The notes below the pieces were generated by a model, which worked only from the letters and a program-made list of their open reading frames with translations, was not told the origin of the DNA and did no database searches. Shown piece by piece: positions 19,329 to 28,040 of a stretch of DNA of 64,000 bases (its first letter is position 1; the number at the start of each line of letters is the position of its first letter). A program made the position numbers and the translations under genes. The DNA comes from an uncultured Alphaproteobacteria bacterium (lineage in GTDB: Bacteria > Pseudomonadota > Alphaproteobacteria > Rhizobiales > CAWCWK01). Location of the stretch: assembly GCA_963799285.1 (NCBI GenBank), contig CAWCWK010000004.1, forward strand, positions 270,309-334,308, in the 5' to 3' direction.

Positions 19329-20282
19329 GTGCCGACCCCGCGCCTCCTTATCCTCGGTCAACTCACGGTCGACGACGTCGTGCCGGCCAGCCCAGGGCGC
19401 TGGGAGCGACGGCTGGGGGGAAACGCCCTCTACACCCTCGCCGGGGCACGGACAGTGATGCCGGAGGCCGAGATCGGCGTGGTCAGCCGTCTCGGCAACG
19501 GCGCCCCGGATGGCTTCGGCGCGCTGCTGGCGGGAACCTCAGCGTTGGCATCCCTCTCCCCGAGCGGAACGGACCAACTCGTCGAATGGCTCATCTATGA
19601 GCCGGACGGCTCGCGCCGCACCCTGCCACGCAATGTCGATCTGCGTGGAGGGGAGACCCCGGAGGCTCGTCACGCGCGCTATCTCGATCGCTTGGAGGCA
19701 CAGTCGCCTCGTCTTGCCGATATCCCGGCCGACTGGCGCGCCGCGCCCAACATCCATTGTGCTACGCAAGTCTGGCCACGACATGAGGAAGCACTGCGCG
19801 ATGCGCCGGCCGCCACGCGCCTCTCCCTCGACCCGTCCCGCCACTACGCCGCGCCGCTCGATCTCGCCGCGCTCGCGACCCGGCTGGTGCGAGCCGATGC
19901 GGTCCTGCCGAGCGAGCAGGAGATCGCGCATCTCGCGCCTCGCGGCCTTGAGGGTTCGCTCGCTCACGACCTTGTACGCTCCCTCGTGGAGGCGGGTTTG
20001 CGCGAGGTCGTGCTGAAGCTGGGCGCAAGGGGCTGCGTTGTCGGCACGAAGGGCGCAACGCACGAAATCGCCGGCAAGGCGATCGACGTCGTCGATCCGA
20101 CCGGAGCGGGGGATGCCTTTTGCGGCGCCTACGCGGCAGCCCGTGCCTTGGGCCTTCCGCCGAACGTGGCGGCCGAGCGCGCGGTCGAAGCAGGCGCCCT
20201 AATCGTCGGCCGCGCCGGTCTGGAGGCCGCGCTTGCTCTCCCTGTCATGCCTGCTGTCATGCCTGCGCACCGGGCGCTCTGA
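19329..20282 (+). CDS. PfkB-family kinase (paralogue 2)
   Basis: GTG start 2 nt after the permease stop. N-terminus is LLILGQLTVDDV. The C-terminal signature is DPTGAGDAFCGAYAAA. Confidence 0.8.
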   Translation: MPTPRLLILGQLTVDDVVPASPGRWERRLGGNALYTLAGARTVMPEAEIGVVSRLGNGAPDGFGALLAGTSALASLSPSGTDQLVEWLIYEPDGSRRTLPRNVDLRGGETPEARHARYLDRLEAQSPRLADIPADWRAAPNIHCATQVWPRHEEALRDAPAATRLSLDPSRHYAAPLDLAALATRLVRADAVLPSEQEIAHLAPRGLEGSLAHDLVRSLVEAGLREVVLKLGARGCVVGTKGATHEIAGKAIDVVDPTGAGDAFCGAYAAARALGLPPNVAAERAVEAGALIVGRAGLEAALALPVMPAVMPAHRAL

Positions 20283-20289
20283 CATGGCC

Positions 20290-21198
20290 CTAGCGTTCGG
20301 GAAAATCCGAGATGGGCGGTCGTGGCTCCCAGACGGGGAGCCCCTGTGCAACGCGCCACGCCCGCGCAATCTCTGCGCGCGTCATGAAGCGCACGCCCGG
20401 CCGCGCAGACATATGGTCGAGCGCCGCCTCCAGCCCGCCGATCCGCGCCGGCCGGCCGATGATACGCAAATGCAGTCCGATCGAGAGCATGCGCGGCGCA
20501 TCGGCGCCTTCGGCATAGAGCCGATCGAAGGCGGCGATGCAGTAGCGCGCGAAGTCTTCCGCGAAGACGAAGCCGCCATTGCGCTGGAAGCGCATGTCGT
20601 TGGTATCGAAGGCGTAGGGCAAGACGACATGCGTGCGCTCTGCGAGCCGCACGGTATAGGGCGCATCGCCATTATAGGCGTTGGAATCATAGAGAAAGCC
20701 GCCTTGTTCCAGCAGCAGCCTGCGCGTGTTGATCGACGTGGCCGAGCGGGTGTGCCAGCCGACGGGCGGGCGGCCCGCCGTCTCCCGGATCGCGGCGACG
20801 GCTCGGCCAATGGCGCGGCGCTCCTCGGTTTCGCTCATGTGCGCATGCGTTTCCCAGCGCCAACCATGGGCCGAGATTTCGTGCCCATCCGTAACGGCAT
20901 CGCGGGCGATATGCGGATTCTCCATCAAGGCGCGGCCGCAGGCGTTGAGCGTCGCGGGAACGCCGCGCGAGCGAAGGACCTCGCGGATGCGTGCCCAGCC
21001 AATGCCGGCGCCGTAGTCGAAATGGGAGTCCATGCACGGGTCGGGAACGCCCGTGACCTCCTCGACCACCTCGTATACGCCTTCGTTCCGTGCGTCGCCG
21101 CGCGCGATCGAGAGCTGCGCGCCCTCTTCGACGTTCACGACGATCGACACGGCGAGCCGATCGCCGTCAAGCCAGTCGCGACCTGCCTGCTCGTCCAT
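20290..21198 (-). CDS. PuuE-type (polysaccharide-deacetylase fold) ring amidohydrolase homologue (paralogue 2)
   Basis: ATG at 21198 is preceded by GGAGAGG. LAVSIVVNVEEGAQ...HGWRWETH...GWHTRS...LPYAFDTNDMRF...LSIGLHLRIIGRPAR is strongly PuuE-like. Confidence 0.85.
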   Translation of the reverse strand: MDEQAGRDWLDGDRLAVSIVVNVEEGAQLSIARGDARNEGVYEVVEEVTGVPDPCMDSHFDYGAGIGWARIREVLRSRGVPATLNACGRALMENPHIARDAVTDGHEISAHGWRWETHAHMSETEERRAIGRAVAAIRETAGRPPVGWHTRSATSINTRRLLLEQGGFLYDSNAYNGDAPYTVRLAERTHVVLPYAFDTNDMRFQRNGGFVFAEDFARYCIAAFDRLYAEGADAPRMLSIGLHLRIIGRPARIGGLEAALDHMSARPGVRFMTRAEIARAWRVAQGLPVWEPRPPISDFPER

Positions 21199-21244
21199 GC
21201 AGTTCCTCTCCACCGATCATTCCGACCCTGACGGATGCGACAAG

Positions 21245-22033
21245 ATGACCTCGACACATCCCGGGCCGCGTCCCTTCTCCCGCATCATCGCGGCCCTTCA
21301 CCTGCCGGCCTTCGACGCGCATGCTCCCTCCATGGCGTGGCTCGAAGATTACGTGCTGAGCAATGTCGAGGTCTTCGTGAAAGGTGGCATCGACGCCGTC
21401 AAGATACAGGACCAGACGCGCGAGCACGGCGCGGCTAACCCCCGGTCCGTCGCCCGGCTCGCCGCTCTGACGCGGCTCGTCCGCCGCACCTATCCAGACC
21501 TTTCGCTCGGCGTGATCGTGCAGGCCCACGATGCGGTCGCGCCTCTCGCCGTAGCGGATGCGGCGGATGCCGACTTCGTGCGGCTCAAGGTGTTCGTCGG
21601 CGCGGTCCTCAACGCGGAGGGGCAGCGCGACGCACTAAGTCTCGCAGCGACCGCCGCCCGTGCCGAAATGGGTCGTCCGGACATCGCGATCCTGGCCGAT
21701 GTCCACGACCGGACGAGCCATCCCTTGGGCGACGTACCCCACGAGACGGCCGCGACCTGGGCGCAGAAGGCCGGTGCGGACGCCCTCGTCATCACCGGCC
21801 ACGACTTCGCTGACAGCCTGACTCGAATCGAGGCAGCCCGGGCGGCGGGCGTCACCTGGCCTGTGTTCGTCGGCGGCGGCGTCACCGCCGACAACGTTCG
21901 CTCCGCCTTGGACGTCGCCAACGGCGTCGTCGTCAGTACGTCCATCATGCGCAAGGATCCGTTTGCGACCGATCTTGTCCGTTGGGACCTCGACGCGGTC
22001 CGCCATCTGGTAGACCAAACAGTCGGCCGATAG
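21245..22033 (+). CDS. BtpA/SgcQ-family TIM-barrel protein
   Basis: I take the internal ATG at 21245 of ORF 21032..22033. RIIAALHLPAF...VEVFVKGGIDAVKIQDQ...VGGGVTADNV...GVVVSTSI fits the BtpA family pattern. It diverges from the PuuE-like gene across only 46 bp. Confidence 0.65.
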   Translation: MTSTHPGPRPFSRIIAALHLPAFDAHAPSMAWLEDYVLSNVEVFVKGGIDAVKIQDQTREHGAANPRSVARLAALTRLVRRTYPDLSLGVIVQAHDAVAPLAVADAADADFVRLKVFVGAVLNAEGQRDALSLAATAARAEMGRPDIAILADVHDRTSHPLGDVPHETAATWAQKAGADALVITGHDFADSLTRIEAARAAGVTWPVFVGGGVTADNVRSALDVANGVVVSTSIMRKDPFATDLVRWDLDAVRHLVDQTVGR

Positions 22034-22119
22034 GCGACCGGGTCGATACGATAGAGACGGTTCGTCGCGCCTATGCCGAGCACACCGTCACGGGCGTCTG
22101 AACCGCGCCGGGTTTGCCG

Positions 22120-22327
22120 AAGGTTCTCCATCGAGAAGGATGGGGTTCATGGGAAGCGGGAGACGACGTAGGGCGTCCGCACTGGCCTTGTGCGCCCGAT
22201 CGCGCTGGGCCGCCGCAACTGGCTGTTTGCCGGCTCGGGCCGGGGCGGCGAACGCGCTGCCGCCATCTCGTGCATCGACGAACTCCTCCCTTGGAGCACG
22301 GCGCAAGGAGACACCTCGCTAGCCTGA
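22120..22327 (+). mobile_element. Decayed IS66-family transposase C-terminal fragment
   Basis: Translation of 22172-22327 gives GVRTGLVRPIALGRRNWLFAGSGRGGERAAAIS-CIDELLPWS. This matches the conserved IS66 TnpC tail (ALGRKNWLFAGS..GGERAA ... ELLPWN) with about 40 residues missing in the middle. An in-frame TAG at 22169 lies upstream. Confidence 0.55.
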
Positions 22328-22420
22328 CCGGAGGCCTGCTCTCTAGACGGGCATGCAAGCGCTCAAGGAGCACAGGTCGCAGTGAGTGCAGGCCCGCGCG
22401 CCGCCGGAGGCGCCCGCTTG

Positions 22421-23056
22421 TCAGCCGAGGATGTCGGCCGTCGTCGCGAACGTGGCGCCTGCGGCCGTCAGGCGGTCTGTCATCGGCTGATTGAGCGCGT
22501 TGCCGAAGACGCCGGTCGCGTCCTCTACGACGACGACCTCGAAGCCCTGTTCGGCGCCGTCATGGGCCGAGAAGCCGACGCAATATTCGTAGACGAGACC
22601 CGTAAGGAAGATGCGGCGCACGCCCTTCTCGCGAAGGTAGCCGGCAAGGCCTGTCGAGGTCTTCTTGTCGTTCTCGAAGAAGGTCGAATAGGAATCGATC
22701 TCGGGGTTCACGCCCTTGCGCACGATCACGTCGACGCGGTCGACCTCGAGATCGGGGTGGAAGGCGGCGCCTTCGGTGCCCTCGACGCAATGGTCTGGCC
22801 AGAGCATCTGCTCGCCATAGGACAGCTTGGTCGTCTCGAACGGGCTCTTGCCCGGATGGGCCGACGCGAAGGACTTGTGGCCCGGCGGGTGCCAATCCTG
22901 GCTCATGGCGACGATCGGAAACGCCGCCATCAACCGATTGATGGGCGCGACGACCTTGTCACCCTCCGGGATGGCGAGCGCCCCGCCGGGGCAGAAATCG
23001 TTCTGCACGTCGATGACGACAAGCGCATCGCCGTCGCCGATCTCGATCGAAGCCAT
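22421..23056 (-). CDS. pncA: Nicotinamidase / pyrazinamidase
   Basis: ALVVIDVQNDFCPGGALAI...QDWHP.GH.SF...LWPDHCV.GT.GA.FH...VRKG....DSYS.F..N......TGL..YL...G...IFL.GL..EYCV. It is full length at 211 aa. Confidence 0.9.
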   Translation of the reverse strand: MASIEIGDGDALVVIDVQNDFCPGGALAIPEGDKVVAPINRLMAAFPIVAMSQDWHPPGHKSFASAHPGKSPFETTKLSYGEQMLWPDHCVEGTEGAAFHPDLEVDRVDVIVRKGVNPEIDSYSTFFENDKKTSTGLAGYLREKGVRRIFLTGLVYEYCVGFSAHDGAEQGFEVVVVEDATGVFGNALNQPMTDRLTAAGATFATTADILG

Positions 23057-23096
23057 GTCGGACGCCTTCTCCTCAGATAGATTAAGAGATCGCCCG

Positions 23097-23561
23097 TCAG
23101 ACGAAGGCCTGCAAGCCCGTCTGCGCGCGCCCCAGGATCAGGGCGTGGACGTCGTGCGCGCCTTCATAGGTGTTGACCGTCTCCAGGTTGCACATGTGGC
23201 GCATGTTCTGGAACTCTTCCGAGATGCCATCGCCGCTATGCATGTCGCGCGACGCCCGGGCGATGTCGAGCGCCTTGCCGCAATTGTTGCGCTTGATGAT
23301 GCTGATCATCTCAGGCGCGGCCTTGCCCTCGTCCCGGTAGGCTTCGATCACGCGGAGTTGCAGCTTTTCCTGCGCGTAGGAGCGGGCTGCATCACGCAGC
23401 ATCCGCTCGTCCTCGCTGAGCTGCTCCTCGAGCCGGAACGGATCGTCCCAGGAAAAACTCGACAGTTCGGGGCGCGAAGCCGGGCTCAGCTCGCGCGGCA
23501 ACGCGTCGGCCGGGTCGACCTCGCAAGAGACTTCCTGGTGAACGATCGACAATACGGTCAA
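23097..23561 (-). pseudogene. gcdH: Glutaryl-CoA dehydrogenase remnant with a large in-frame internal deletion
   Basis: The N-terminal block [43 protein letters not shown] is joined directly (junction ~23325-23330) to the C-terminal block [76 protein letters not shown]. The middle ~270 residues of a normal ~395-aa enzyme are absent. The start (TTG 23561) is a guess. Confidence 0.8.
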
Positions 23562-23584
23562 CGGTCTACCTTTTTGATCCCGGC

Positions 23585-24406
23585 TCAGCCGACGAAGGCG
23601 CGCTCGACGACGAAGGTGTTCGGCGCGGCGTTGGAGCCTTCGACGAGGCCATAGCCCTCCAACATCGCCTTGGTGTCGTTCAACATGGCCATGGAGCCGC
23701 AGATCATGCCGCGATCCTCGTCGGGATTGATGGTTGGCACGCCCAGATCCTCGAAGAGCCTGCCCGATGCCATGAGTTCGGTGATCCGGCCCTTGCAATG
23801 GTAGTCGCCGCGCGTCACCGAGGTGTAGAGCCTAAGGCGCCCCTTGGCGAACTCCCCGACGAGGGGGTCTTCCTGGGTCTCGCGCATCAGCGCCTCGGCA
23901 TATTGCAGCTCGTCGACCTCGCGGCAGGTATGGGTGAGGATGACCTCGTCGAACTTCTCGTAGGTCTCGGGGTCGCGCACCAGCGAGGCGAAGGGCGCGA
24001 CGCCCGTGCCGGTCGAGAACATGTAGAGCCGCTTGCCGGGTATAAGCGCATCGTTGACGAGCGTCCCCGTCGGCTTCCTGCGCATCAGCATCGTGTCGCC
24101 GACCTTGATCTTCTGGAGATGCTCGGTCAACGGGCCGCCGGGCACCTTGATCGAATAGAACTCGATCTCCTCGTCCCAGGACGGGCTTGCCATCGAATAG
24201 GCGCGGTAGACGGGCTTCTCGGCACTCGGCAGGCCGATCATGACGAATTCCCCGGAGCGAAAGCGAAAGCTTGCCGGCCGGGTGATGCGAAAGCGGAAGA
24301 GCCGGTCCGTGTAGTGCTCGACGGAGGTGACGGTCTCGGCAAAGACGCCCGTCGGTATCGTGAAGTCGACCGGGCTTCCCTTTACGATCGGTGTCATGTC
24401 CGTCAT
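23585..24406 (-). CDS. fpr: Ferredoxin-NADP+ reductase (bacterial Fpr type)
   Basis: ATG at 24406 with GAGGA upstream. Blocks present: RFR....F.F..GEF.MIGL, RAYS.AS, GPLT.HL, LYM.STGTG.APF and FVVERAFVG at the C-terminus. Confidence 0.9.
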   Translation of the reverse strand: MTDMTPIVKGSPVDFTIPTGVFAETVTSVEHYTDRLFRFRITRPASFRFRSGEFVMIGLPSAEKPVYRAYSMASPSWDEEIEFYSIKVPGGPLTEHLQKIKVGDTMLMRRKPTGTLVNDALIPGKRLYMFSTGTGVAPFASLVRDPETYEKFDEVILTHTCREVDELQYAEALMRETQEDPLVGEFAKGRLRLYTSVTRGDYHCKGRITELMASGRLFEDLGVPTINPDEDRGMICGSMAMLNDTKAMLEGYGLVEGSNAAPNTFVVERAFVG

Positions 24407-24469
24407 GCGATCCTCATGCGTGCTGTCGTCTAGGCTCGGAACGTGGTGCGAGCGCTCCGATCTCCACCA

Positions 24470-24493
24470 ATATCGTTCGTACACAAACGATAT
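24470..24493. promoter_or_regulatory. Operator-like palindrome ATATCGTT-CGTACACA-AACGATAT upstream of fpr
   Basis: Perfect 8-bp arms were read directly. It lies 64-87 nt upstream of the fpr start. It shares the TCGTT-N8-AACGA core with sites at 29393, 39286 and 40097. Confidence 0.55.
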
Positions 24494-24654
24494 GTCAGAT
24501 CTCGTTCCGGCGTCAAGGTCCGCGCTGCGTCTATCGGGGCCCGAGGGCCGAGCACACGTCCGGCGTCCGCCTTGACCGGCAATGTTCGGAACGTCGTTTC
24601 ATACGGTCGTGCTATCGCGCGCCGGGCTGTGTCAGGCGGCAGCTCGGCGAAGCA

Positions 24655-25350
24655 TCAGACGCCGAGATAGGTATGGATCTTGCCGTGGTCGGCCCGCAGG
24701 GCCGCGGCCGACAGGGTCTCGAGGTTTCGGCCGTTCTCGATGAAGACCGCCTGGTCGGCGACCGCCAGGATCGCGTCGACCCGCTGCTCGACGAGGACGA
24801 CGGCCAGCCCTTCCTCCCGCATGCGCGTGATGACATCGCGAATGAGGGCGATCATCGAGGGCTGCAGGCCTTCGGTCGGCTCATCGAGGAGAAGGACCTT
24901 CGGCTCCAGGCAGAGCGCACGGGCCATGGCCAGCATCTGCTGCTCGCCGCCGGACAGCGTGCTCGCCTGCTGGTCGAGCCGCTCGCCTAGGCGCGGGAAC
25001 ATCTCCAGCACGCGGTCGCGGACATGGGCTCCGGAGCGGCAGGCCAGAAGGCCCATCTCGATATTTTCGTCGACGGAGAGCTCAGGGAAGAGGCGGCGCC
25101 CTTGCGGGACGTAGCCGACGCGGCGCTTTGGCACCTCGTGGGCGGGAAGGCGGCCGATATCCTCGCCGTCGAGCGCGATCGTGCCGCCCTGGAGGGGTAG
25201 AAGCCCCATGATCGCGCGCATGGTGGTCGTCTTGCCGGCGCCGTTGCGGCCCAGGAGGCAGGTGATCTGGCCGGGCCTCGCCTCCAGGCTGACGCCGAAA
25301 AGGACCTTCACCTTGCCGTAGGCGACGTGGATGTCATCAAGCTGGAGCAT
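24655..25350 (-). CDS. livF: Branched-chain-amino-acid-type (HAAT family) ABC transporter ATP-binding protein, LivF-like
   Basis: LLGRNGAGKTTT, LSGGEQQMLAMARAL and LLLDEPTEGL. Length is 231 aa. Confidence 0.85.
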   Translation of the reverse strand: MLQLDDIHVAYGKVKVLFGVSLEARPGQITCLLGRNGAGKTTTMRAIMGLLPLQGGTIALDGEDIGRLPAHEVPKRRVGYVPQGRRLFPELSVDENIEMGLLACRSGAHVRDRVLEMFPRLGERLDQQASTLSGGEQQMLAMARALCLEPKVLLLDEPTEGLQPSMIALIRDVITRMREEGLAVVLVEQRVDAILAVADQAVFIENGRNLETLSAAALRADHGKIHTYLGV

Positions 25351-26089
25351 CGACGGCCTCCACGCTCGTGCCGAGATAGGCGGCCTGAACGGCCGGGTTG
25401 TCCTGCACCTCGACCGGCGTTCCGCTGGCCAGGATCTCGCCGAAATTAAGCACCGTGATGCGCTCGGCCGTGCGCATGACGACGTCCATGTTGTGTTCGA
25501 TGAGGAGGATGGTGGTCTTGCCCGTCAGGTCTTTGATGAGGCGGACGAACTCGGTGACTTCCGCTTCGGCCAGCCCTTGTGTCGGTTCGTCGAGGATGAA
25601 GAGCTTGGGGTCCTGCGCCAGCCCCATCGCGATCTCGAGCACGCGCTGGTGTCCGTAGGAGAGATCGCCGGCGAGCTGGGCGGCGCGGTCGGCGATCCCG
25701 ACGCGGGTCAGCACCTCATCGACCTTGGCTGTCACGCCCGCCTCGCCGCGCGTCCCGTCGCGGCGGACCGCGAGCGCGACGTTCTCGTGCACCGTCAGGT
25801 TGGCGAAGACCGACGTGATCTGAAAGGTGTAGGCGATGCCGAGGCCGATGCGCTTATGCGCCGGCATGGCACTGATGTCCCGGCCCTTGAAGAGGACGGT
25901 GCCGCGGGTCGCCGTAATGCGCCCGCAGAGCATGCCGACGAAGGTCGACTTGCCGGCGCCGTTGGGGCCGATGAGCGCCATCGTCTGCCCCTCGGGTAGA
26001 ATGAAGTCGATATCGGTGTTGGCCTTGATGCCGCCGAATGTCTTGGTCAGCCCCCGCGTCTCCAGGATCGGCGCCGCGTTCGCGCTCAT
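25337..26089 (-). CDS. livG: HAAT-family ABC transporter ATP-binding protein, LivG-like
   Basis: ATG at 26089 forms an ATGA overlap with the livM stop. Motifs: LTKTFGGIKA, IGPNGAGKST, LSYGHQRVLEIAMGL and LILDEPTQGL. Confidence 0.85.
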   Translation of the reverse strand: MSANAAPILETRGLTKTFGGIKANTDIDFILPEGQTMALIGPNGAGKSTFVGMLCGRITATRGTVLFKGRDISAMPAHKRIGLGIAYTFQITSVFANLTVHENVALAVRRDGTRGEAGVTAKVDEVLTRVGIADRAAQLAGDLSYGHQRVLEIAMGLAQDPKLFILDEPTQGLAEAEVTEFVRLIKDLTGKTTILLIEHNMDVVMRTAERITVLNFGEILASGTPVEVQDNPAVQAAYLGTSVEAVDAPA

Positions 26090-27002
26090 GGCAGCCACCT
26101 CATCGCCTTCTGGCGCAGCACGCCGGCCAGCCCATGCGGGGCGAAGAGCGTCAGGAGGACGAGGGCGATGCCGGCGATGAACATGTAGGCGTCGGTCACG
26201 GTCGAGGACAAATCGATCAGATAGAACATGAAGGCGACGCCAATGAGCGGGCCGATCGTCGTGCCGGCGCCGCCGAGGAGCACCCAGAGAAGGGGAAAGA
26301 TCGAATATTGGACGGTCGCGAAGGTGGCTCCGACATAGCCGAAGAGGAGTGCATAGCCGGCGCCCGCACAGCCCGACAGCGTGCCGGAGATGAGGATGGC
26401 CGACAGTTTCAGCCTATAAGTGTCGTAGCCAAGCATCCGCGCGCGCTCCTCGTTCTCGCGGATGGCGACCAGGGCGCGGCCGAGCCGCGATTTTACGAGG
26501 ATGGCCGAGCCGAGGAAGGCGGAGGAGAAGAAGACCCAGGCGGCCCAGTAGCGCGACTGCTCGCCCGAGACATCGATGCCGAAGAGCGAGCGCGCCGTCT
26601 GCTCGACCACGAAGCCTTCATCGCCGCGCGTCCAGGCGCCGAAATAGAGCGCGGCGAGATAGCCGGCCTGCGCGAACATGAGCGTCACGATCATGAAGGC
26701 GACCTCGCGCGTCCGCAGCGCGAGAAAGCCGATGGCGAGCGAGACGAGCAGGGCGATGAGCGCACCCATGCAGGAGCGCGAGGCCGGTCGGCACACCGCC
26801 ATGCTCGACCGCGAGACCGAAGCCGTACATGCCGGCCGCAAAGAAGAGCGCGTGGCCGAGGCTCAGAGAGGCCCGTGTAGCCGAAGAGCACGTTGTAGCC
26901 GATCGCGTAGACCGCCAGCACCATGATGCGCGCGAGGTTGCCGACATGATAGGCGGGCAGCACGAAGAAGAGGAGCGCGAGGAGCGGCGATGACACCGGC
27001 AT
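26086..27002 (-). pseudogene. livM: HAAT-family permease (LivM-like) split over three reading frames by two frameshifts
   Basis: Frame 1 gives MPVSSPLLALLFFVLPAYHVGNLARIMVLAVYAIGYNVLFGYTGL. Frame 2, from ~26868, gives SLSLGHALFFAAGMYGFGLAVEHGGVPTGLALL. Frame 3, from ~26771, gives MGALIALLVSLAIGFLALRTREVAFMIVTLMFAQAGY... to the stop at 26086. Each junction looks like a 1-nt insertion (a CTCTCT run; CTGcATG). Confidence 0.75.
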
Positions 27003-27029
27003 GGAAGACGTAGGATTTCTGTGCGTCGG

Positions 27030-27956
27030 TCATGACAGGCGCTTCCCCATCAGCCCCTGCGGGCGGAAGACGAGCACCATGGCGACGGCGAGCGTCGCGA
27101 TGATCTTGGCCAGCGTCGGCGAGAAGAAGACCGACACGATACCGTCCGTCATGCCGATGAGGATGGCCGCAATGACCGTGCCGGGCAGGCTGCCGAGCCC
27201 GCCGATGATCACGACGATGAACGAAAGGAGCAGCGGATCGTGCCCCATCAGGTAATGCGCCTGCTGGACCGGCACGACGAGCACGGCCCCGATGGCGGCC
27301 AGCGCCGCGCCAAGGCCGAAGACGTAGGCGAAGACCTTGTCGACCGGCACGCCGAAGGCCCGCGACATCTCGCGGTCCTGCTGTGTGGCGCGCATGACGA
27401 GGCCGAATGTGGTGCGCGTCATCAAGAGCCAGATGCCGGCCAGGATGGCGGCTGCGGCGGCGATGATGAAGAGCTTGTAGCTCGTGATGCTGAGCCCCCA
27501 GGGGAAGAAGACCTCCACCCCCTCCTCGCCGAACTCGAGCCAAGGGAGCGCGATCCGCTCGTTAAAGGGCGGCTCGACCGGGCGCGCATCGGGCCCGAAG
27601 GTCATGAGGGTCGCCTGCTGGATGATGTAGAGAAGGCCGATCGTCGCGACGATCGTGCGCTCGGGATTATACGCGATCCGCTTCAGGATCACCCGGTCGG
27701 CGGCCGCCGCCAGCGCGCCAACGAGCAGCGGCGCGATCAGGATCGCGGCGACGAAGCCGAGCGCGGGATGCGCGCCGATGGCGGTCGCGATCCACCAGGC
27801 GAGCACCGCGCCCAGCATGAAGAATTCGCCGTGGGCGACGTTCACGACGCGCATCACGCCGAAGACGATGGAGAGGCCCATCGCCGTCAGCGCGAGAACC
27901 GCGGCCGTGACGGCGCCCTCCAAGGACGCCAGGAGTAGGTGAGGTCCGAATTCCAC
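27030..27956 (-). CDS. livH: HAAT-family permease, LivH-like
   Basis: AVLALTAMGLSIVFGVMRVVNVAHGEFFMLGA.... It is 308 aa and polytopic. Confidence 0.85.
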   Translation of the reverse strand: MEFGPHLLLASLEGAVTAAVLALTAMGLSIVFGVMRVVNVAHGEFFMLGAVLAWWIATAIGAHPALGFVAAILIAPLLVGALAAAADRVILKRIAYNPERTIVATIGLLYIIQQATLMTFGPDARPVEPPFNERIALPWLEFGEEGVEVFFPWGLSITSYKLFIIAAAAAILAGIWLLMTRTTFGLVMRATQQDREMSRAFGVPVDKVFAYVFGLGAALAAIGAVLVVPVQQAHYLMGHDPLLLSFIVVIIGGLGSLPGTVIAAILIGMTDGIVSVFFSPTLAKIIATLAVAMVLVFRPQGLMGKRLS

Positions 27957-27967
27957 GGGGCGGCCGC

Positions 27968-28005
27968 GCTCGCTTGAGGGCGAGCCCGGACCCAGGTGTT
28001 CCGGG
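27968..28005 (-). other. Two adjacent intercistronic hairpins between the binding-protein gene and livH
   Basis: GCTCGC-N6-GCGAGC (27968-27985) and CCCGGA-N9-TCCGGG (27985-28005) were read directly. No U-tract follows. Confidence 0.3.
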
Positions 28006-28040
28006 CGTCGCGTTTCAGTTTCGGTTCGGGAAAAGCGCGC

